The translations under genes were made by a program, and so were the position numbers. Shown here piece after piece: positions 37,184 to 45,978 of a stretch of DNA of 64,000 nucleotides. Numbering within the stretch: the stretch's first letter is position 1; each line of letters starts with the position of its first letter. The stretch is from contig JAFGQU010000021.1 in NCBI GenBank assembly GCA_016935525.1, positions 15,028 to 79,027 of the forward strand, in the 5' to 3' direction. Source of the DNA: Candidatus Omnitrophota bacterium (lineage in GTDB: Bacteria > Omnitrophota > Gorgyraeia > Duberdicusellales > 4484-171). The notes under the pieces are model-generated. The model did no database searches and was not told where the DNA came from. It saw only the letters and a list, made by a program, of their open reading frames with translations.

Positions 37184-37513
37184 ATGAAAACAATCATTCT
37201 CCTCTGTATATCGAACATATTCATGACGATCGCCTGGTACGGCCATCTGAAATACAAAAGTGCGCCGCTGGTGACGGTAATCTTCGTCAGTTGGGGGATT
37301 GCCTTCGCCGAATACTGTTTCCAGGTACCGGCAAACCGTATCGGACATGCGACGTTCACTGCCGCGCAGTTAAAGACGATACAGGAAGTGATCACACTTG
37401 CCGTATTCTGCGCGTTTTCCCTGATCTACCTTAAAGAAGAGATCCGCTGGAACTATCTGGTAGGATTCGCTTTTATCGCGCTTGCGGTATTCTTTATATT
37501 CAAGAAATGGTAA
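37184..37513 (+). CDS. DMT-family small membrane protein
   Basis: SNIFMTIAWYGHLK, SWGIAFAEYCFQVPANRIG, QLKTIQEVITL. Confidence 0.93.
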   Translation: MKTIILLCISNIFMTIAWYGHLKYKSAPLVTVIFVSWGIAFAEYCFQVPANRIGHATFTAAQLKTIQEVITLAVFCAFSLIYLKEEIRWNYLVGFAFIALAVFFIFKKW

Positions 37514-37649
37514 AAATGACTTAGTCCCACTCCGAAAAAATATGTTCGTTTGATGACAAAGACACTCCCTCCCTCCAAAAACAAGAAGAAGCAATCTACT
37601 CCTATATAAAAACATTGACATTATACCGGTAAAATCTAAAATATTCTCT

Positions 37650-37985
37650 ATGAACCTTCGGCTTCTTCGTACATTATTGATACTAGCGTTCGTATCGATA
37701 GCCGCGGTTGGACAATCCGTATACGCGACCGATACGCCGCTGTTATCGGAAACGGAAAAAGAGATAGAACTGCGTAAAATAGAACTATTTCAAGGACATT
37801 GCGATGAAAGGATCAAACAGCAATCGCAAGAGGTATCGTCAGTCATCTTAAACGATCAGGCCCGCAGGTCCGCGGTCATTACCGATCATTCTTGTCTTTT
37901 TTCCAATATACCTAAAGATTTTTTTATATTCTCTTCAAAATCGTGTATCCATTCTCCTCCCTGCTGTTACTCACCTTTTTGTTGA
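37650..37985 (+). CDS. Hypothetical exported/leader protein ending ...IHSPPCC...
   Basis: Signal peptide; TTGACA-16-TAAAAT immediately upstream (near-leaderless). Confidence 0.6.
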   Translation: MNLRLLRTLLILAFVSIAAVGQSVYATDTPLLSETEKEIELRKIELFQGHCDERIKQQSQEVSSVILNDQARRSAVITDHSCLFSNIPKDFFIFSSKSCIHSPPCCYSPFC

Positions 37986-38043
37986 TGGATCTTTCAATTT
38001 CATTGGGTAGTTTCAGTAAAAATCAGGAGTGAGAACCATGTGA

Positions 38044-38352
38044 GTGATCATAATGCACAATAACGATGAATATCTTAAACTCGCGTCACGTCTGGCCGAA
38101 CAATGTGCCGCGAAGATCGTCACGATAGACAAACCGGGCATAGGATCGGCAGTAAAAGGCCTGCAGATAGGATTTGTCCTGTCGCACGGGCAGATCATGA
38201 GCGTCTATCACAAAGCGTTAGCGGTATTCTTAAAAGACGAAGCATCGGTCAATGCACTGTTTACGATGATGAGGTCTGACCGGGAACTGGACCGATTGAG
38301 CCTGGAAGATGAAGGATTTATCTGTAATGTTCCGCTAGAATGTGCCGCATAG
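38044..38352 (+). CDS. Hypothetical protein
   Basis: 102-aa ORF with an AGGAG SD, first gene of the EIIA-CBS/permease cluster. Confidence 0.65.
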   Translation: MIIMHNNDEYLKLASRLAEQCAAKIVTIDKPGIGSAVKGLQIGFVLSHGQIMSVYHKALAVFLKDEASVNALFTMMRSDRELDRLSLEDEGFICNVPLECAA

Positions 38353-38371
38353 AAAAAAGAAAAGACTAAAG

Positions 38372-39295
38372 ATGGCAAAACTCACTAATTATGTCCATTA
38401 CGGAGCGATAGTCGATAATCTGGTACCACAAAATAAATATCAAGTGATAAAGATCCTGCTCGATAAACTGTTCGAGTTCTATCCGGATATCGTCCTGAAT
38501 AAAGACGATGTCCTGGCCGCGGTGACCGAACGGGAAGACAGCCAGACGACCGGGATCGGCGCGGGCCTGGCGTTTCCGCATGCCCGTATCGAGAATTGGC
38601 AGGGATTATCGGTCGTCGTCGGGATATGTAAAGACGGGACGGATTTCGAAAGTGTCGACAATATCCCGGTGAAGATGGTATTTCTCATGATTTCCTCTCC
38701 CGACGATTCTTACGCGATCTTAAAGACCATGGCCGGGATCGCGCGGTTTTTCCGGGAAACCGGAGAAAATATCGATTCGTTTATCAACCAGTGTTTTGCC
38801 GAAGGAGGTATTTTCGCTCAGTTAAATAAAAATAATAAAGAGACCGAAAAACAGATCACCGCAAACGATATCGTCCGGCCAGTCCAGAACGTCGTCTCGA
38901 TAGATACTTCTATTGAAGAAGCAACCCAGACCATGCATTTAAACCATCTTGACGTGTTGCCGGTCATAGACGAACACGGCAGGTTTTGCGGAGAACTTTC
39001 CTGTATCGATATCTTTAATTACGAGATGCCCCATTTTTTCAGCCAGTTACAGACCGTATCGTTTGTAAGACACATCGATCCGTTTGAAAAATATTTCCGG
39101 ATAAAACGTGACCTGAAAGTAAAAGATTTTTACCGTAAAGGCCCAAAAGCGTTACGAGCGGACGCGACATTACTTGAGATCGTGTTTGAACTTACCGTAA
39201 AAAACCGCTCGACCGTGTTTGTCGTCGATGGTGACGACCGGTTTATCGGTGCGATAGACCGGTTCTGTATCGTGGATAAAATACTGTTTTTTTAG
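38372..39295 (+). CDS. PTS EIIA(Ntr/Fru-type) domain fused to tandem CBS domains
   Basis: ERE..TTGIGAGLAFPHAR phospho-His motif; LDVLPVID and VFVVDGDDRFIGAI CBS motifs. Confidence 0.9.
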   Translation: MAKLTNYVHYGAIVDNLVPQNKYQVIKILLDKLFEFYPDIVLNKDDVLAAVTEREDSQTTGIGAGLAFPHARIENWQGLSVVVGICKDGTDFESVDNIPVKMVFLMISSPDDSYAILKTMAGIARFFRETGENIDSFINQCFAEGGIFAQLNKNNKETEKQITANDIVRPVQNVVSIDTSIEEATQTMHLNHLDVLPVIDEHGRFCGELSCIDIFNYEMPHFFSQLQTVSFVRHIDPFEKYFRIKRDLKVKDFYRKGPKALRADATLLEIVFELTVKNRSTVFVVDGDDRFIGAIDRFCIVDKILFF

Positions 39296-39306
39296 AAGGA
39301 GAGATC

Positions 39307-40599
39307 ATGAAAGCTTTTCTCTCGATCGCTATATTCGTTATCGCTTATTTCTTTATTGCGACCGAAAAGGTCAATAAAACCATCGTTACGATACTGGGCG
39401 CGTGTTGCGTACTATTTTTAAATCTGGTCACGTTCCCGGAGGCGGTGGCGGCGGTCGATTTTAACGTCATATTCCTGCTGGTCGGGATGATGACCTGTGT
39501 CCATATATTATCAAAAACCGGGTTCTTTGAATGGGTTGCCGTAAGTATCGCCAAATATACTAAAGGGAACCCTTACGGAATCATGGTGTTACTGGTTACG
39601 GCTACCGCGGTGCTCTCCTCCGTCCTTGATAACGTGACGACGATCATCCTTTTAGTACCGGTCACGATATTGATCATGCAGCTTTTAGAGATCGATCCGG
39701 TACCATTTATTATATTGGAAGCGATCGCATCCAACATCGGCGGTACCGCGACTCTGATCGGTGATCCCCCGAATATCATCATCGGGTCCCGGGCAAACCT
39801 GTCGTTTAACGATTTCCTGTTCAATCTAGGTCCGGTGATAGTACTGGTATTCGCGTTTTTTCTTTTAACGATCTTCCTCGCGTTCAGAAACCGGTTCCAG
39901 GTGAGCCGGCAGATAAAAGGGCGGGTAATTAATGCCATACCAAGCCTGGCGATCACTGATTTTCCGAGAATGAGAAAAGCGTTAATAATCTTAGCGGTAA
40001 TGTTTATCATGTTTTTCTTGCATGAACTCATCGGATTACAGCCGGGAGTCATCGCGCTCGGCGGAAGCATGGTCATGTTGCTTGCCTGCCGTATCGAGAG
40101 TGACGAGACGTTGATGCGGGTCGAATGGGGTGTCATATTCTTTTTTATCGGTATGTTTATGATCATCTCGGCACTGGAAGTCAACGGAGTGATGTCGCTC
40201 ATTAGTAACAGCGTCATGATGATGGCCGGAAAAAACCTGCTGATCCTCTGTTTTGTAGTCATGTGGGGCGCGGCATTGCTTTCCTCGGTTCTCGATAACA
40301 TCCCGTTTGTCATCGCGATGGTCCCGCTGGTAAAACAGTTTATTACCCATTTCACGTTAGAAAATCCCGGTATGCACTATGCCGCGGTCGCTGAACCGTT
40401 ATGGTGGGCATTGGCTCTGGGTGCCTGTTTAGGCGGGAACGGTACGATCATCGGTTCTTCGGCAAACATCATCATGGCCAAGATAAGTGAGAAAAACGAA
40501 TGTCCGGTGACCTTTAAACGGTTCTTCAAATACGGGGTTTCCTTTACTATTCAATCTCTCCTGATCTGTAGCGTATATCTTTGGTTACGCTATTTTTAA
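39307..40599 (+). CDS. ArsB/NhaD (ion transporter superfamily) permease
   Basis: SSVLDNVTT, ASNIGGTATLIGDPPNI, LDNIPF, GACLGGNGTIIGSSAN. Confidence 0.93.
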   Translation: MKAFLSIAIFVIAYFFIATEKVNKTIVTILGACCVLFLNLVTFPEAVAAVDFNVIFLLVGMMTCVHILSKTGFFEWVAVSIAKYTKGNPYGIMVLLVTATAVLSSVLDNVTTIILLVPVTILIMQLLEIDPVPFIILEAIASNIGGTATLIGDPPNIIIGSRANLSFNDFLFNLGPVIVLVFAFFLLTIFLAFRNRFQVSRQIKGRVINAIPSLAITDFPRMRKALIILAVMFIMFFLHELIGLQPGVIALGGSMVMLLACRIESDETLMRVEWGVIFFFIGMFMIISALEVNGVMSLISNSVMMMAGKNLLILCFVVMWGAALLSSVLDNIPFVIAMVPLVKQFITHFTLENPGMHYAAVAEPLWWALALGACLGGNGTIIGSSANIIMAKISEKNECPVTFKRFFKYGVSFTIQSLLICSVYLWLRYF

Positions 40600-40636
40600 T
40601 GTTTCATCTTTCATTTTTCCTCTAATCCTCCACATC

Positions 40637-40654
40637 AAGTGAAAAAATTCACTA
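40637..40654. promoter_or_regulatory. Rex-operator-like site (distal)
   Basis: AAGTGAAAAAATTCACTA, matches the GTGAA-N4-TTCAC core. Confidence 0.7.
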
Positions 40655-40747
40655 AAATAGCTATTTCTTAATTATTTGTAAGTAATTGGTTACCAATGCT
40701 TAACGTAAAAAACCCTTAATTTTCAAAAAATATCCCTAAAATGCCTC

Positions 40748-40792
40748 TTGACAAACTTCTCAAAAAGTTCTATACTGTGAAATAATTCACTT
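40748..40792 (+). promoter_or_regulatory. rex promoter with overlapping Rex operator
   Basis: TTGACA-17-TATACT followed by TGTGAAATAATTCACT. Confidence 0.85.
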
Positions 40793-40799
40793 AAAAACT

Positions 40800-41411
40800 A
40801 TGAAAGATCTGTCAAACAATACAATCGAACGTATCTGTAAAATATTCGGGTATCTCGATGCTCTTCAGAAAAAAGAAATCGGGTTTATCTCCTCAAGGGA
40901 ACTGGCTCAAGGGTTAGGTACCACCGAATATACCGTACGTAAAGATCTTAGCACCCTGGGCGTAACCGGGCATACCCGACGGGGATATGACGTGAAACTG
41001 TTAAAAACCCAGTTAGGCGAAAAGCTGCATCTCACCCAGAAACGTAAAGCCGGTATCGTAGGACTGGGCAGACTCGGGACGGCATTACTTGATTACGAGA
41101 AGTTTAAAGTCGACGGATTCGAGATCGTTGCCGGATTCGATTGCAGTATTAATAAGTTGGAACGTATCCGTACCCAGATCGATGTGTTCAGCGTGAACGA
41201 TCTCAAACGGGTAGTCGCCGAACGGCATATCGAACTGGGTATTATCGCCGTACCGGAGGCTGCCGCGCAAAATGTTGCCGATACATTATGCGCGGCCGGC
41301 GTGAAAGGAATTTTGAATTTTTCACCGGTAAAAGTGACCGTTCCCGAAGGGATCGTCTATCTTGATATGGATTTTACCAACGCGTTACGGTTCATCGCAG
41401 CGCGGTTATAA
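40800..41411 (+). CDS. rex: Redox-sensing transcriptional repressor Rex
   Basis: ISSRELA, VRKDLS..G..G..GY, VGLGRLGTAL, GIIAVP, GILNFSP. Confidence 0.95.
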   Translation: MKDLSNNTIERICKIFGYLDALQKKEIGFISSRELAQGLGTTEYTVRKDLSTLGVTGHTRRGYDVKLLKTQLGEKLHLTQKRKAGIVGLGRLGTALLDYEKFKVDGFEIVAGFDCSINKLERIRTQIDVFSVNDLKRVVAERHIELGIIAVPEAAAQNVADTLCAAGVKGILNFSPVKVTVPEGIVYLDMDFTNALRFIAARL

Positions 41412-41574
41412 GTAGGGAAAAATGGAACAAAAAGGCAGACCCTTGACAATTTTGTACAAAATCATCAAGGGTTCAATTCGCGTATGCAACTTATGTGCAC
41501 TTAGTTCCACGTGCGTGGCGTTGCCACAACGGGGCTCACGCCATAAGTTGCGCGCTCATTGAAGGAGGGACATC

Positions 41575-42657
41575 ATGAACAGGATCTATAATTTTAGCGC
41601 AGGACCGGCAACATTACCGAAAGAGGTGCTCGAGAAAGCGGCTGAAGAGATGCTCGATTATAAAGGATGCGGGATGTCGGTGATGGAGATGTCGCATCGC
41701 GGAAAAGAGTTTAAAGGTATTATCGAACGGTGCGAAGCCACATTACGGGAAATAATGGGTATTCCCAATAACTATAGAGTATTGTTTCTTCAGGGCGGCG
41801 CGTCGTTACAGTTTGCAATGGTACCGTTAAACCTGATGACGAAACACAAAAAAGCCGATTATGTGCATACCGGCCAGTGGACTAAAAAAGCGATAACTGA
41901 AGCGAAAAAGTACGGGACCGTCAATATCATCGCCAGTTCCGAAAAAGAAAATTTCACCTATATCCCTAAACTTTCTCCGGCGACGTTTTCAAAAGATGCC
42001 GATTATTTTTATATCGTGACCAATAATACCATCTACGGTACCGCGTATAAGACTCTGCCCGATACCGGGGATGTACCGCTGGTTGCCGATATGTCGTCGA
42101 ATATCCTTTCCGAACCGATAGACGTAACAAAATTCGGGCTGATCTTTGCCGGAGCGCAGAAAAATATCGGGCCGGCCGGAGTGACGCTGGTGATCATCCG
42201 GGAAGATCTTGCCGGGCATGCGCGGGATATCACCCCCACACTCCTTGATTATCAGACCCATATCGAAAGCGGATCGATGTATAACACTCCGCCCTGTTAT
42301 TCTATTTATATCGCGGGGCGGGTGTTTGAATGGATACGACAAAAAGGCGGACTTACCGCGATGAAAAAGATAAATGAAGAAAAAGCTCAACTCCTCTATG
42401 ATTACCTGGATAATTCGAAATTGTTCCGTAGTCCGGTGAAAAAAGAAGACCGGTCATTGATGAACGTGCCGTTTGTGACCGGTAACGCCGAGTTGGATGC
42501 GAAATTTATCGAAGAAGCGGGAAAACGCGGCCTGAAAACCCTGAAAGGACACCGTACTGTCGGCGGGATGAGAGCGAGTATATATAACGCGATGCCGATC
42601 GACGGGATAAAGACGTTGGTCGCGTTTATGAGAGAATTCGAGAAAGAAAATACATAA
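41575..42657 (+). CDS. serC: Phosphoserine aminotransferase
   Basis: YNFSAGPA, EMSHR, FLQGGA, DMSS, AGAQKNIGPAG, YNTPP, GHRTVGGMRASIYNA. Confidence 0.98.
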   Translation: MNRIYNFSAGPATLPKEVLEKAAEEMLDYKGCGMSVMEMSHRGKEFKGIIERCEATLREIMGIPNNYRVLFLQGGASLQFAMVPLNLMTKHKKADYVHTGQWTKKAITEAKKYGTVNIIASSEKENFTYIPKLSPATFSKDADYFYIVTNNTIYGTAYKTLPDTGDVPLVADMSSNILSEPIDVTKFGLIFAGAQKNIGPAGVTLVIIREDLAGHARDITPTLLDYQTHIESGSMYNTPPCYSIYIAGRVFEWIRQKGGLTAMKKINEEKAQLLYDYLDNSKLFRSPVKKEDRSLMNVPFVTGNAELDAKFIEEAGKRGLKTLKGHRTVGGMRASIYNAMPIDGIKTLVAFMREFEKENT

Positions 42658-42735
42658 AACCCTACACGCAAGAAGATCGTCTGCGATTATTTGTTCTAAT
42701 CAGCGATCATCTGCGTACAAAGAAAGGTCCACACC

Positions 42736-43911
42736 ATGTACAAAATAATGAAATTAGATAAGATCGCGCCGGAAGGGTTAGCCCTTTTTCCTCTTGATCA
42801 ATACGAGATCGGCACCGAAATCTCGGAACCCACGGGGATACTTCTGCGTAGTTTCAATATGCACGATATGAAACTGCCCGATTCACTCCTTGCCGTCGGG
42901 AGGGCCGGAGCCGGAGTGAACAACATTCCGATTGAGAAATGCGCCGAAAAAGGCATTATCGTATTCAATACTCCCGGAGCAAATGCGAATGCCGTAAAAG
43001 AGTTGACGATCACCGGGCTGCTTTTGGCGTCACGGGATATCGTCAAGGGGATTAATTTTTCAGAATCGTTGAAAGGAAAAGGGACCGAAGTCCCCCAGCT
43101 GGTTGAGAAAAACAAAAAGAAATTCGCCGGTACCGAAATCAACGGTAAAACTCTGGGAGTACTGGGATTAGGTAAAATCGGGGTGATGGTCGCAAACGCC
43201 GCGCTTGACCTCGGGATGAACGTCGTCGGATACGATCCTTCTATTTCCGTCGAATCGGCGTGGGGGCTGTCCCGGGATGTACAGAGAGCGACCGGACTGG
43301 ATATGTTGCTGGCTAATGCCGATTATCTTTCGTTACATGTACCCCTGGCCGATACTACCCGCGGGATGATCAATGCCGAACGGTTGGCCCGGATGAAAAA
43401 AGGAATACGCATATTGAATTTTTCGCGCGGGGGGATCGTCAATAACGATGATCTGAGTACGGCACTTAAAGAGGGGATTGTCGCAAAATATGTGACTGAT
43501 TTTCCCGATGACGAACTTCTACATATGGAAAATGTGATCGCGATCCCCCATTTGGGCGCCTCCACCGAGGAAGCCGAAAGTAATTGCGCGATCATGGTCG
43601 CCCGACAGATGATCGATTTTATCGAAAGAGGAAATATCAAACATTCGGTCAATTATCCCGATTGCAAACTGGAATTAAGTTCGGATTTCCGCCTTATCGT
43701 GATGAACAAGAATATCCCCAATATGGTCGGGCAGGTATCGACTATCCTGGCGAAATCGAATATTAATATCACCGAGATGTTGAATAAGAGTAGAGGGAAT
43801 TACGCCTGTACGATCATCGATGTTTCCGACCGGCCGGATGAGAAAATAGTAAAATCGATCTCCTCTATCGAAGGGGTCGTGAAGGTAAGGATCCTAGATT
43901 TGAAAAAGTAA
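42736..43911 (+). CDS. serA: D-3-phosphoglycerate dehydrogenase with ACT domain
   Basis: RAGAGVNNI, NTPGANANAVKE, GLGKIG, PHLGASTEEAE, C-terminal ACT; follows serC. Confidence 0.96.
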   Translation: MYKIMKLDKIAPEGLALFPLDQYEIGTEISEPTGILLRSFNMHDMKLPDSLLAVGRAGAGVNNIPIEKCAEKGIIVFNTPGANANAVKELTITGLLLASRDIVKGINFSESLKGKGTEVPQLVEKNKKKFAGTEINGKTLGVLGLGKIGVMVANAALDLGMNVVGYDPSISVESAWGLSRDVQRATGLDMLLANADYLSLHVPLADTTRGMINAERLARMKKGIRILNFSRGGIVNNDDLSTALKEGIVAKYVTDFPDDELLHMENVIAIPHLGASTEEAESNCAIMVARQMIDFIERGNIKHSVNYPDCKLELSSDFRLIVMNKNIPNMVGQVSTILAKSNINITEMLNKSRGNYACTIIDVSDRPDEKIVKSISSIEGVVKVRILDLKK

Positions 43912-44189
43912 CCGGGATATTTTTTGGCCGATATATTTTTTTATCTGGCCGGATTTCATCCGGCAATGAAACCCTTCCCCCTCCTCTGAGATCACTTATC
44001 TCAGGGATCCCGTGAGGAGAAATTCTGGCAGTACTTTTTGGCCTCTACTGACCGTTGTAGTGGGCTATACGCTGGATGCACGGTCAGCCGATTAGGGGTT
44101 CCCGGATAAATTCCGCCTTGAAAATCAAAAAAATTACAGTACAATTATACTATCTTTACCTATAAATATACCTGAATAAGAGATACACC

Positions 44190-45308
44190 ATGAACTTCCT
44201 GACTTTTACCGTAAAAGACCTTATCCGCAGAAAAATACGTTATATACTGACTCTCCTGGGCATCACGATCGGGATCGTGACCTGTATCATCATGCTCGCC
44301 TTAAGCGAAGGTATCCGTGACTCCTTTAAGGGAGCCTATATCGAACGTAACATCGATATCGTTGTCTTCGCGAAAGACGAATTCAACCTTCTGGCCAGTC
44401 GTATCGATAATTCCGTAGTCGAAGGGCTGAAAAATATCCATGAAATAGAAAACGCAACCGGCGTTATCCTGGATATCGTTAAATACCGGAAATCATACGT
44501 CCCGGTGTACGGGTGGCCCCTGGACAGCCCGATGTTCGGCGAAATAAAAATAAACGGCCGGCTCCCCCTTTCCGGACAAAGAGAAGTGTTGATCGGCGAA
44601 CTGTTTGCTCAGAATTCCGGAAAAAAAATCGGTGATACGCTGGATATCAAAAGAAAGACATTCCATATCGTAGGGATATTTCAGAGCGATATCCCGTTTG
44701 AAAAATCGGCGTTCATCGTGCCGCTGATCACCCTGCAGCGCCTGGACCGGACCTATAGGGATACGGTTGTCGCGATAAACGTCACATTAAAACCGGCCTA
44801 TCGGATAAAAGAAAAAATTGATTTGGTGACCGCCGAAATAGAGAACACGTTTCCGGAAGTCTCCGCGCAATCCAGTGATATTTTCGGGGAAGAACGTACC
44901 GAGATGATCCTGATGGGTGAAAAATTCGCTCAACTGGTGTTTTTGATCACCTTGTTCGCGGTCATCCTGGGACTCTCTAATACCATGATCACCTCGGTAT
45001 TTGAAAAAAGGAAATTGATGGGATTGTTGATGACTATCGGCTGGAAAAAAAGCGATATCATGAAATCTTTGTTCCTGCAGGCGTTCCTGTTAAGTATCGC
45101 AGGAGGGATCCTGGGAGTCACCATCGGATTCTTTACCACTCATTATATTTTTAACCAGCTCGTCATCCAGATCTTTACCCCTTCCTGGGATTACCTGTTC
45201 GTCTTTAAAGTCATCGGGACGCTTCTTGTGGTGACCGTCACCGCCAGCGTGATATCGTCATGGAGTATCGTCAATATCAATCCGATCGAGGTGATAAAAA
45301 GTGAGTAA
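44190..45308 (+). CDS. MacB/FtsX-type ABC transporter permease
   Basis: TM1, large periplasmic domain, NTMITSVFEK..MGLLMTIGW, three further TMs, NPIEVIK. Confidence 0.92.
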   Translation: MNFLTFTVKDLIRRKIRYILTLLGITIGIVTCIIMLALSEGIRDSFKGAYIERNIDIVVFAKDEFNLLASRIDNSVVEGLKNIHEIENATGVILDIVKYRKSYVPVYGWPLDSPMFGEIKINGRLPLSGQREVLIGELFAQNSGKKIGDTLDIKRKTFHIVGIFQSDIPFEKSAFIVPLITLQRLDRTYRDTVVAINVTLKPAYRIKEKIDLVTAEIENTFPEVSAQSSDIFGEERTEMILMGEKFAQLVFLITLFAVILGLSNTMITSVFEKRKLMGLLMTIGWKKSDIMKSLFLQAFLLSIAGGILGVTIGFFTTHYIFNQLVIQIFTPSWDYLFVFKVIGTLLVVTVTASVISSWSIVNINPIEVIKSE

Positions 45309-45978
45309 GAAACAACCGCCGTTGCTTAATGTCGATCGAGTTTCTAAATTGTTCACGTCCGGACGTACCCAGGCGCTCAACGATATTTCGTTTAAAGCTC
45401 ATCAGGGCGAATTTCTTTCGATCTACGGCCCCTCGGGAAGCGGTAAGACCACACTGCTATATATCATCGCCGGCCTGATCCGACCGTCGAAAGGAGAGGT
45501 GTTTATCCGGGGAAAATCGTTATCGGCAATACCGAACCTGCCGTGCATGCGTCGCAAGACCATCGGGTTTATCTTTCAGGATTTTTATCTGTACCCCAGT
45601 TTTACCGTATTAGAAAATGTGTTATTACCTAACGTCAATCAGTTTACTCTCGCTAAAAAATGGGTGATAAAAGCCGAAACCCTCCTGCATCAACTGGGTA
45701 TCCACCGTAAAGCCCGCCAGAATATCAATGAACTTTCCTGCGGTGAACGGCAACGGGTATGTATTGCCCGGGCACTCCTGAACGATCCGGCCCTGATCCT
45801 TGCCGATGAACCGACGGGAAGCCTTGATTCGGAAAACTCCATCAACGTGTTGGAAATACTGCAAAAGATCAATGAACAGCGTAACACGACGATACTCATG
45901 GTGACCCATGATACCAGTGTATCAAAATACGCGCACCGGAATATCGAGATCATCGACGGAAAAATAAGGAATCCGTGA
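45301..45978 (+). CDS. LolD/MacB-type ABC ATP-binding protein
   Basis: GPSGSGKTT, LSCGERQRV, ILADEPTGSLD, VTHD. Confidence 0.96.
   Translation: MSKKQPPLLNVDRVSKLFTSGRTQALNDISFKAHQGEFLSIYGPSGSGKTTLLYIIAGLIRPSKGEVFIRGKSLSAIPNLPCMRRKTIGFIFQDFYLYPSFTVLENVLLPNVNQFTLAKKWVIKAETLLHQLGIHRKARQNINELSCGERQRVCIARALLNDPALILADEPTGSLDSENSINVLEILQKINEQRNTTILMVTHDTSVSKYAHRNIEIIDGKIRNP

Noticed and set aside
41439-41570. THF, ZTP or glycine riboswitch before serC
   Set aside because: Diagnostic conserved sequences are not recognisable; kept only as an unknown structured element.
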